Below, piece after piece: positions 10,681 to 21,876 of a stretch of 48,925 bases of DNA; the first letter of the stretch is position 1, and every line of letters begins with the position of its first letter. This DNA comes from Batkoa obscura. Its lineage: Eukaryota. Under the pieces are notes generated by a model. That model did not search any database, was not told the origin of the DNA, and saw only the letters and a program-made list of their open reading frames with translations. The stretch spans positions 1 to 48,925 of the forward strand of contig JASVEC010000115.1 of assembly GCA_030770535.1 (NCBI GenBank). The letters run 5' to 3'. A program made the position numbers and the translations under genes.

Positions 10681-11133
10681 TATGAAATTGGTACTCAGTG
10701 ATTAAAGTTAAGTACTTTTTGGTTGATTGACTAGCCATAGGTTGAAAGGTTTTAGTTTATGTAGCTAAGATAGACTTGAGTTATGAAAAATAATGCGTAA
10801 TAGGCTACAGACTATGTAAGACAAATAGAATAAATAATATTACTGTAAAATCTATATAAGATATTATCAAGAAGATTTAATAGCTTTACTAAATGTAGGA
10901 GATATCAAGGAATAATTCAGTTAAAAAGCCTCGAGTTACTATGTTCCAGAGTCTCTTTTATATTCCGACAAGTATAGATATCAAAACATGGAGATAATAT
11001 TTTTTAGGACGAAGATACAAATTCTCATAGCAAATCAAACTAAGAGCATGGAATTGATTGTCTCTAAACTCGAGGACATAATGACTTAAGTGATTGCTGT
11101 ATTGCAATTAATCATGGAGGTGACAAGGCGATA
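9662..11133 (-). repeat. right arm of 1472-bp inverted repeat (includes LTR copy 10681-11133 lacking the first 7 bp)
   Basis: Reverse complement of 5841-7312, same length and same number of 9-mer repeats. Confidence 0.97.
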
Positions 11134-11895
11134 CTTTGCAAAGATTTATAAATTTAAAAACTTAAAGTTTAAACTAATTTTTAAGTAACTTCTAAAACCA
11201 ATTTAGATATCCCTATATAGTATTAAGTTAAAGATTTAATGTTCAATTAGTCAAAAACCTAAACAGTTGTTAGTAAAATACAAATCCAATAGATTTCAAA
11301 TATTTTATGCTGTATTTGTTTTAATAAATATAATATAACAGCAAAAAAATATGAAATAAAGCTAAAAAATAAATATTTTATAACAAATTAAATTAAAATA
11401 AAGCTTTTAATGAAAACAACCAAACGTTTTTATAAACTTAACTATAAAATATAAAATATAAAACGTAAAATAATTAAGTCTTTCGTTTAACTTTTACATA
11501 CAGTTAATTAGCTATAAGTTATAATGTTTGTAAACTATGTAGGTTTAAATCATCAATATATTTATTACTAGTAAAATCTTATTAATTTGAGTTTTGACAT
11601 TAATTTATATATCTGATTAAAGATATAAGTTATTATAACTATTTTTTATTATTGTTATATTTTAACTAAATAAAATAATTTGCATAAATATAGTAATAAA
11701 TTTTAATAAATAAGCTTATAAAATTATGAAACCTTATTTTTTATATTTACATCCATTTTTAATCTATTTTATTTTAGCTTTTACTCATGTTTCATAATGA
11801 AATTGTCAAACGTAATAAATTTATTTACTATTTAATTAAACCAAAAAGTTCAAATATATCATATTAGTATATTTATAATTTAAAGTTTAATATAT

Positions 11896-11994
11896 GGGGA
11901 TGTTCTTTTTGATTTCATTACCTTTTCCATTTTTTAAGCGCTATTTGAGCGGAAAATTTGTTAGTAAAATTCTTAAACACAAAAATTCATCCCC
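11896..11994 (+). mobile_element. ~100-bp MITE (GGGGATGT..ATCCCC) with ATAT target-site duplication; degenerate copy at about 12052-12142
   Basis: Terminal inverted repeats, 4-bp TSD, many homologues in the window. Confidence 0.85.
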
Positions 11995-13069
11995 ATATAT
12001 TAAAGTTAATAATGATAAATATATTTAATGATTTAAAAGCTCTTAAACTTAAGGGTGATTCTTTTTGTTATCATCCCTTTTTCTATTTTTAAGCGCTATT
12101 TGAGTGGAAAAAATATTAGTAAAATTCTTCAAAAAATACACCGTCTATCTATGCTTTAATGGATTTTCTCAAAAAGGAAGATTAATTACTTTAGAAACTA
12201 TCCTGTAAATGATTTTTTTAAGATTTTAACTTTAAATCACAAAACTTCATTAGTAGGCATTTTAAATGAGATTACCTTTAAAAATAATAACCTGTAGCAT
12301 CTTTGTTCGAGGACTTTAATTTTCCTCAACTTATTTTATAAAAAGTTAGAAACTAAAAAATAAAAAGACAACCCCACTTTAATATTTGGATAGTAACTAT
12401 GTAGTTTTAGGTTAAACTTAGAAATTTTTCTATTAAAAGAAACATCAAAGTTTTTTGTTTTTTTATTGATTTTCCGAATTTGGTGTTTAAACAAATGAAC
12501 CTTTTCAACTATAATTAGATATGAATCAAAAAACATCATAGTAATCAATAATCTTTTTGTTTATAAAAGATATTTCGTTTCGAAAAAGATTGATCCCAAA
12601 GATATTGAATTGTTTTTATATATGCATGTAAAGGTAAATGTATATATTACAATATTTTTTAATAAAATACTTATTCACTAAAAAAAAGTTACGTTAAATA
12701 AGCATTATCCCAGAACAAAATTATTGCTAACAAGTTATATGGCAAAACCCTGGATTTGCCAAAATTTAAAATACATCAGCCATAGGGGGATGATAGTGAT
12801 AAAAATAGATGAATATTATACAAGAATAAAAAACTTGATACTAATGATTAGTTTTATTCAGTAAAACTAGGATCTAAATATAAAATCAATGTTATAAGAA
12901 CAAAACAAAGAAAGAGATATTTATTATGAAATAATAATACATTGAAATACTACGCCATCTATTTAAAATTTAAAAAGAAAAGCACAAAGAATATATATTT
13001 GAAAAAATAAGATTGAGAAGTATATAAATAAGTGCTGTATCGCAAACCCAAGTTAGGTAGAATTTCAAA

Positions 13070-13876
13070 ATGACAACGGCTAAAGGTATAGGCTTGTATT
13101 CCTTACTAGTCTTTGGAGCTTCCATTGGATCTGTCATAGGAGTTTCTTTATTCGTTAATGTAATCATTATATTGGTTTTAATCATTATTAACTATATTTA
13201 GTTTTGCGCCAAATCGCCAACTTCAAACATGATCATTACTAAAAAGAAAGATGAAATTCATTTGGAATTAGAAGCTGATAACCCTAGAGCTTTTAGTATT
13301 TGTTTAAAGCGTATTGAACTTTACAGGGTGATTCGCGACTGTAGTCCTAACAGTAAATGGATAGAACCTTTATCCCAAAAATGTTCAAAAAACTGCTATT
13401 CAGAGGAAATATCTAATACTAGTCAATCTATAGACTCCTATAAATTCAGTGATTTGGATAAAAGTAGCTTAAATATATGTTTTTCTGGCGAGGATGAAAG
13501 CAGCATATATGAAGCAATAGAATTTATAAAGCAAGATGGCTTAAGCAAATCTGTTTTTAATAAAGACGGAAATAATGTACACAAAGCAACGTGTATTGTA
13601 GATCAAGTTCTAACATCCTAGAGCCTTGAAAAAGCTGGTTTAGAAGCTTTTAAATCCAAACTAGATGAAAATGTCAACTATAATTTTAAAATTGATAAAG
13701 CGAATATGATTAAAGAGGAAAATAATTCTTTAAGTTTAGATCATCCTGAACTCAATGAAGGAATTAGCTACCTAATCTCAGATCATTCAAGATATAGCGA
13801 TATCGATAGTATCAATAAGAATGAACCTGTGTCACCTTATACAGGTGAAAATGATGAAAATGAAGTTGATAATTGA
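13070..13876 (+). CDS. hypothetical secreted or membrane-anchored protein; intron 13160-13201; in-frame TAG at 13619-13621
   Basis: Exon 1 MTTAKGIGLYSLLVFGASIGSVIGVSLFVN splices in frame (GT..AG) to ORF 13229; the frame stays open 84 codons past the TAG to TGA at 13876. Confidence 0.65.
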
Positions 13877-14346
13877 ATATCTATGATTTAGTTATCTATA
13901 TAATTAATAAATTAGAATCCATATATGAAAATACTCTCTTTTTTAGTTTTCATTATTAATATAGCATCCCAAATAATTAGATAAGAGTATTGTTAGTTTA
14001 ATTCTTTATTATAAGAGAGTACAATGTAAAATATATGTACTCAATAGATAAATATGTAGTGGTATATCATCTAGATATTAAAACTTTGACACTTGCATTT
14101 CCTTACTTTGCCATTTGAATTCAAAATTTAGATACTAATAAAGTTTTATTGATAGTTTTTGTAAATTTCAAATAACTTAAGCTATTTTATTAAAGGAATA
14201 CAATTAAAAACAAAAAATTCTAACCTTCTTTATACACTATTAAAGATGTGAGAGCTTATAACTATTTTACTATTCTAATCCTTTGAGCACCGAATATTTT
14301 GCAAATTTGATTGATTAGGTGGTAATTTTTACTGATTTTATGCCAA

Positions 14347-14746
14347 TGTGAAATATCGCTTTGTCAGTCCCATGGTTAATTATTTTGATTTGTTATGAGA
14401 ATTTCTAGCTCCATCCCAAAGAATATTATCCTCTCATTTTGATATTTATACTTTTCAGAGTATAAAAGAGTTTACAGAATATAATAGTTCGAGGCTTTTT
14501 AACTGAATTAATCCCTGATATCTCGAACATTTAATAAAGCCACTAAGTTTTCTTAATAGTATTTTACATAGATTTTACATTAGTATTGTCTATTCTATTT
14601 GTCTTATATAGCTTGTAACCTATTACGTGCTATTCCTCATAACCCAAGTCTATCTTAGTCACATAAACTAAGACCTTTCGACTTATAGTGTAGTCAACCC
14701 AGCAATAGCTGTTCTTGACTCCAAACCCTGAGTACCAGATTTCACA
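14347..14746 (+). mobile_element. solo LTR, 400-bp internally deleted variant, TSD CCAA
   Basis: TGTGAAAT..ATTTCACA ends, CCAA on both sides. Confidence 0.93.
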
Positions 14747-15240
14747 CCAATTAAACCAGTTTTTTAAAATTGAATACAAAAAGGTTATTTCAGTTTAAAC
14801 CATCTGAATAGGTGTTTGTGATTTTATTTTGATTTAAAATCATTTAATTAGGGATAAAAGTGATTCTATGATGCAAAATCTTTTACCTTGTCATTAAGAC
14901 TCAAAATATTGATTAGTAAAGCTAATGTTATATTATTAGATATCCTTGAAATACTGTAATTTTGAAAACTTTTTAACTAGCAGTAACATGCTGCATTAGC
15001 AAATGCTACTTTTTACAAAGTAAACACTACCTTATTTTATGAGCTATAGCCTTATGTAGTTAAATTTGACCCAAAACCGAGGTTTTTTTGCTATATTTCC
15101 TTTTCTAATATTATTTTTCATATGTTTTTGTTTGAATTTACTTTAAAAAATTATTAATAGCTTTATCTATTAAAACATCATAAAATAGGGATATATTTTT
15201 TTGTTTAAGAATTTTACTAACAATCTTTCTGCTTAAATAG

Positions 15241-15703
15241 TGTGAAATCTGGTACTCATGGTTTGGAGTCAAGAACAGCTATTTCCGGGTTGACTACACT
15301 ATAAGTCGAAAGGTCTTAGTTTATGTGACTAAGATAGACTTGAATTATGAAGAATAGCACGTAATAGATTACAAGCTATATAAGACAAATAGAATAGACA
15401 ATACTAATGCAGAATCTACGTAAAATACTATTAAGTAAACTTAGTGGCTTTATTAAGTCTAGGAGATATCAAGGAATAATTCAATTAAAAGCCTCAAACT
15501 ACTATACTCTGTAAACTCTTTTATACTCTGAAAAGTATAAATATCAAAATGAGAGGATAATATTCTTTTGGATGGAGCTAGAAATTCTCATAGCAAATCA
15601 AACTAAGAACGTGGGATTGATTTTTTCTGAACTCAAGAACACAGCAGCTTAGGCGATTGTTATGCTATAATTAACCATAGGACTGACAAAGCGGTATTTC
15701 ACA
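15241..15703 (-). mobile_element. solo LTR (463 bp), no matching TSD
   Basis: Reverse complement of the family LTR; flanks ATAG / GTTG; truncates a MITE (15188-15240) on one side and a Sola2 remnant on the other. Confidence 0.93.
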
Positions 15704-16016
15704 GTTGTTATAAGTAGCTCTTAAAATTGACGTAGATAAATTACAATGTTTATATTGTGTACTCCTCCCTATTGTATTGAAATTTCCAAAAATTCTATTT
15801 CGAAGTTTAGTTATGAAAGTTTGCATTTTATTTTTATTTCAACATAAAATATGTAGTTGGAAAAACTAACTATTTAAGAAAAGGAAATAATTAAAATAAG
15901 TTTTAAATAAAAAGGTTTAATTTTAGGCTTTTTAGATTTAACCGTCACGTTAAAGACACAAAGTTTAGAATATTAAAACTTGGAAGTTAAATCCTGAAAC
16001 CAATTCGGACAGCCCC
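15704..16016 (-). mobile_element. Sola2 5' end remnant with TIR
   Basis: TGAAACCAATTCGGACAGCCCC TIR; reverse complement matches the transposase start region 30627-31060. Confidence 0.85.
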
Positions 16017-16203
16017 ATGTATTAAGGATTTATAAATTTAAAAACCCAAAACCTGGGTTTTCATATTTTATTGACTTTATTATTAATTCAATTCAAACGT
16101 GGGAGACTGGAGATCATTAAGTTTGCATATACTGAATTTAACTATAATAGTCTTTTTTATCTTTATGTTTACTAAATGCAAAGTCTAAAATTATTATCTA
16201 TGT

Positions 16204-16666
16204 TGTGAAATATCGCTTTGTCAGTCCTATGGTTAATTATAGCATAACAATCGCCTAAGCTGCTGTGTTCTTGAGTTCAGAAAAAATCAATCCCACGTTC
16301 TTAGTTTGATTTGCTATGAGAATTTCTAGCTCCATCCCAAAGAATATTATCCTCTCATTTTGATATTTATACTTTTCAGAGTATAAAAGAGTTTACAGAG
16401 TATAGTAGTTTGAGGCTTTTAATTGAATTATTCCTTGATATCTCCTAGACTTAATAAAGCCACTAAGTTTACTTAATAGTATTTTACGTAGATTCTGCAT
16501 TAGTATTGTCTATTCTATTTGTCTTATATAGCTTGTAATCTATTACGTGCTATTCTTCATAATTCAAGTCTATCTTAGTCACATAAACTAAGACCTTTCG
16601 ACTTATAGTGTAGTCAACCCGGAAATAGCTGTTCTTGACTCCAAACCATGAGTACCAGATTTCACA
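16204..16666 (+). mobile_element. solo LTR (463 bp), TSD ATGT
   Basis: Complete ends, ATGT on both sides. Confidence 0.95.
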
Positions 16667-16695
16667 ATGTTTAAGTCAAATTAGTAATAGGACAT

Positions 16696-16897
16696 GGGGA
16701 TGTTTTTTTGGCTTTGTTACTTTTTGCATTTTTTAAGCACTATTTGCGTGGAAAAACTGTTAGTAAAATTCTTAAATACAAAAATGCATCCCCATATGGT
16801 GACGTATTTTGTGTTTAAGAATTTTTCCAAGAATTTTTCCACTCTAAATAACGTTTTAAAAAATGCAAAAAGTAATGAAACCAAAAAAAACACCCTC
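16696..16897. mobile_element. two MITE copies tail-to-tail (16696-16793 +, 16798-16897 -)
   Basis: Family sequence in both orientations separated by ATAT. Confidence 0.85.
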
Positions 16898-17424
16898 ATA
16901 TCTTTATTTTAAAAGAATGCTAATATTCTATGATAATTTTTAGAGGACAGCAAATCAATTGAGGCTAACTATTCTTTACTTAAAATTAACTCTTAGTATC
17001 TTAAATTGAAATAAGAAATATGCTTTAAAGCTACTTTACTTACCTTAGGAAGCAAATACAGCTTTTAATACAATATTGAAGCTTGAACAGAGGCTTTTAG
17101 TATGGTACTTTATTGTATTGTACATTCTTTTACTGCTTCTATAATTAAAATATAGAATAATTCTCTATAAGTTTGATGATATTAGTATAAAAGCTACAGT
17201 ATTAGAGTAGTTTTTTATGAATGCTTGAAAAACTAAAAGATCAAATGAGGTAATTGATTATACATTTGTAAATCTCGATAAATTAATTAAATCAAAACAA
17301 AATAATTGAACAGCAGTTTAGAGCATTTGCTAGTCTATTTTATGTTCCTAAAGGCGTAATCAAAATAAAAAAGGATACACATAACTTTGACCAGTCTTAT
17401 ATTTATAACTTATTTATCTAAAAT

Positions 17425-18648
17425 TCAAAGCGACTTGATTATTTGGTCTAACATTACTTGAACTGCACGATCCACATCAGCTGCATTATTACTACTAGCA
17501 GTAGAAGATAGTTCTGAGCTTATGTCAATGGTCAACATTACATCATCTATAATTTTGAGTCATTACTCAAATAGAAAAATAAAATGCTTACCAGAACCTC
17601 TTCTCCAAGCTTTAACCTTAAATCTACTTGTTAATCTTTTATAAGTTTTCATCACCGCTGATTGGAGGGTAGGATCTAAACAGAAAGCAATGAAATTAAG
17701 CGACCCAGCTAGTGATGATCCCATTATAGACCAGTTTTTTAGATATATGGGACGTGTTCCATTTATATCAAAGTACGTCTGTGAAACAATAACACCAGTA
17801 TGGGTGAATATCATAATACATGGGTATAATACTCTAAATAAAGTTTTAATGCTAAATCAAAAACACATAATGCTCACATCCTTAACCCCAGCTGTCTAAC
17901 ACTACTAATTGCTTTACTTGATGTTTCTATTGCTCTGAAATATCTATGTTTTTTAATAGCATCTAAGTTACTATTTAACTTGATTATAACTAAAATAACC
18001 ACGACAAGGAGGTAAATCATTACAACTATATAGGTGAGCTGAAATACTAATAAATCAAAAAATTTTGCATCGCTTGCATTAGCAATAACAATATAACATC
18101 CTTGATCTTTAGCATACCCGAGCTTACCAAGAGCTATTCATAAAATGTAAATAAATTTATAATGCACTAATTATATACCTAATGGGATCGTTGCACATAT
18201 AAATGCTACTGTCAAAGGTATAACCCAATATAGGGCCTCGACTTTCTTGGTGGTATTTTTCTCTTGTAGAAATGTTCGTTGTAAGTTTATTCCAACACAA
18301 GCGTTGAAAAAAGCATACAATAATGGGAAAAAGAAAAACTGCCATCCAATAAATGTACACATCGCACTCGGTGACTTGGCATATGGTCTTATCCATAAGT
18401 GTGTGGTATGCAGCCAGATATCATAGCATGATATGACTGTTTGTAAGCGCAAAGAAACACGGTTAACTAACTTCCAGTCATAGATACCTAGATTGAATGT
18501 TTAATATCCATCATATTATTTTTTTCTAAAAGACAATACTAAGGCATATCATTGTTAGTATAACTAGGAATGCAAAGAACGCAGACGTTTTTGATGTTAT
18601 TGGGGTATAGTATAAGTAGATCTGATTAGTTTCTGGCCGTCCGCTCAT
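17425..18648 (-). CDS. 7-transmembrane GPCR-like receptor (Git3/cAMP-receptor-like), paralogue A, 5 exons
   Basis: Spliced reading MSGRPETNQ..YDWKLVNRVSLRLQ..C..INLQRTFL..YW..GCY..LYPCIM..LNFIAFCLDPT..DQIIKSL*; seven hydrophobic segments, ECL1/ECL2 cysteines. Confidence 0.85.
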
Positions 18649-20606
18649 TTTTTTAAGTTAATGAGACCCAAGAAGTTCACTTATTTAGAATAATTTTTTA
18701 TACTTTATGCTTGAGTGCTTTATTTATCTGAACAAGCTATACATACGCTATATTATATTTTTTAATCTGTAAACAAGTTAAATGTAAAATATCCTGTTTT
18801 TATGTTACTCTTTGGTAAAATAAGAAAACTTGTTGAACTTGGCATGAGTTTATTGTAATGAATACACGTTTTATAAGATTGGTTACTACATAATATAAAG
18901 GAATAGAAAATCACGGGTAAGTATTTTACATCACCTAAACCAGAACTGAGCTCGGATAATTTAAAGTTGCATTCTAATATACTGTAATGGACTATATTAA
19001 TAAATAGTAAATATTTACTAGTATATGCTTGTAGAATCCATTTTGATTTTTGAACTTCAAATCATTTGCATATCATGTTAGAAGACGTATTTGTTTATAA
19101 AATACCACTAGTTTATAAAGTAAATCTTAAAGCATTAAAAAATACACAAGATTCTATTTTTGTTCATCAATTTTCATCAATAGGTATAAAAATTATAACA
19201 TCAAAAATTACTGGCTGCAAAATAATATTCTCAAATACTTTAGAAAGTTTTGAACCTGAATAAAAATGTTTTATCAATATAAAAGTATAATGAGCTTTGG
19301 TGATTAAGTTGAATCTCGACATCTTTTTTATTAGCATTACGGAGTCCAAGAGACTAGTAGGATGTAGATTCACCATATTATTAGTTGTTTGATATAAGAA
19401 GTAGAAGCGCGCTATAGAACTGCTATATGAGGTTAAATTCATATAAACGTATTCTTATTTAGAACCGATAATTAAAGGTGTAAAATAGATATTTCATTTT
19501 TAAGTTTCCTTAAACTAGTTTGTATTAATTCAAGAATATCAATCATATTATATATATTTTCTGTTATGTTCGCATTGCCTTTTAAAAAAGTAAATTCAAC
19601 AAACAGGCTTCTATCGCATTTTTTAAAGACAAATAAGTAGCCAAAATCATATTATTTAAAAAAACGTTATACCTATATTGTATCCTTTTGTTCTAATTCA
19701 CAAAATTTTCATTAGAAAATATAAAACATGCTGTTACTTTTTGGAACTATAATAGATGTTAGCTTAACGTAAATAGTACCCATGTATTAGTATTTTATTT
19801 AGTATAGCATGAGTGCTTACTGTATAGTTATAATAAGTATATTTTCATGCTATTTGAGTTTTTTACTTAATCCTCAAAAAAATATTAGAAAGACAGGTAT
19901 GGACTATAACATCATTGCTAAAGCATTTAAATATGCCAATTTAAAAGCTATTACTGGTTGATTTTAGATATGAGTTGGATATTTTCAATTCTATATTCAA
20001 TTAATTTAATCATTGTTACTATTTTTATTTTTAAATTCACCAAATGCAAAATTAGAAATGCTCAATCCACGTCTAAAACAATTTGATAGTATCCCTTAAA
20101 AATACAATTATGCTTAAATTATGTAAAGGTAAATTCAAAAATTAAAATTCTTTAAACGCCAAGGCAATTAAAAATGAGTGTATATGATACGAGAAAGAAC
20201 AATTATTTAAATTAAGGGTTTTTGATTTTAAAATTCTAATACAAGACTTTATTAATCGTACCCTTTTAAGTCCTCTAACTTAGGGTTGGTTTTTTTACAG
20301 AAGAAGGTTCTTGATAAAAGAAATATTTTATAAATTAAAAATATAGAACAGCACTATATAACTTTCTAATTAACTCTCAAACTGATGAAAATTTTATTCT
20401 GGAGTCATTAACTATTCAATGAATGATTAAGTTGATATTAAACTAGTATTGTGATTAAATTTGACAAATATAGTAAAAAAGGATTTTTGTTGAACATTTA
20501 AATTCATTACCAAAGAGAGTGGCACTTCATTAACTGTTTATTTAGAAAATAAAGTTATAAATAGAACCAAAATTACACTTAACCTTTAAATTTAATATCT
20601 GAAAAA

Positions 20607-21822
20607 ATGAGCGGACGGCCAGAAACTAATCAGATCTACTTATACTATACCCCAATAACATCAAAAACGTCTGCGTTCTTTGCATTCCTAGTTATACTAA
20701 CAATGATATGCCTTAGTATTGTCTTTTAGAAAAAAATAATATGATGGATATTAAACATTCAATCTAGGTATCTATGACTGGAAGTTAGTTAACCGTGTTT
20801 CTTTGCGCTTACAAACAGTCATATCATGCTATGATATCTGGCTGCATACCACACACTTATGGATAAGACCATATGCCAAGTCACCGAGTGCGATGTGTAC
20901 ATTTATTGGATGGCAGTTTTTCTTTTTCCCATTATTGTATGCTTTTTTCAACGCTTGTGTTGGAATAAACTTACAACGAACATTTCTTCATAATAAGGCT
21001 GTTACTAAATGGATAGAAATTGCTTATTGGGCTATATCTTTGACAGTAGCATTTATATGTGCAACGATCCCATTAGGTATATAATTAGTGCATTATAAAT
21101 TTATTTACATTTTATGAATAGCTCTTGGTAAGCTCGGGTATGCTAAAGATCAAGGATGTTATATTGTTATTGCTAATGCAAGCGATGCAAAATTTTTTGA
21201 TTTATTAGTATTTCAGCTCACCTATATAGTTGTAATGGTTTACCTCCTTATTGTAGTTATTTTAGTACTGCTAAGGTTGTCAAAAAACATCAATACCATC
21301 CAAAATCAAGGTTTTTCTACTGGTTCTGATGCTTCTGTAAAAGCTGTAAAATATGTAAAACAATTAGGCTATAGAATGTAAACATTGTAAAAAAAATTAA
21401 ACTTTTGATTAAAACTTTTTTAGCATTTTGTACCCAGCTATTATGATATTCACCCATACTGGTGTTGTTGTTTCACAGACGTACTTTGATATAAATGGAA
21501 CACGTCCCATATATCTAAAAAACTGGTCTATAATGGGATCATCACTAGCTGGGTCGCTTAATTTCATTGCTTTCTGTTTAGACCCTACGATTCATGAAGC
21601 CTTTAAATCACTTTATTATAGATTTGTATTAAAGAAAGATTTGAACGCTGATAAGGATCATAACGAAGGTAACTATGATACCAAATTTTAGTAATATATA
21701 GTAATTTAAATTTTCAAGGAATTTATCTTAGCGGTGGGATTGACAAAAATAGTACAAACCATGAAGATGGAAATTTCAATAATGAAGACACTGCTCTAAA
21801 AAAATTTATTAGGACTTTATAA
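20607..21822 (+). CDS. 7-transmembrane GPCR-like receptor, paralogue B, 5 exons (introns about 20716-20767, 21077-21121, 21378-21423, 21669-21718)
   Basis: GT-AG splicing yields a continuous 7TM ORF ending ..ALKKFIRTL*; largely identical to paralogue A. Confidence 0.87.
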
Positions 21823-21876
21823 TAACATGTCTAAAGTTTACTCACTACATAATAAAGTTCAAATTATTAAGTTTAT

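Noticed and set aside
14347..16666. LTR copies as the paired ends of one element or as TIR DNA transposons
   Set aside because: Individual TSDs, homology to the Gypsy LTRs and lack of internal sequence show they are solo LTRs; the short TGTGAAAT/ATTTCACA inverted ends are integrase att sites
16694..16912. Overlapping ORFs on both strands
   Set aside because: Produced by the MITE inverted doublet
19066..19442. Two short ORFs between the receptor genes
   Set aside because: No recognisable motif or convincing exon structure
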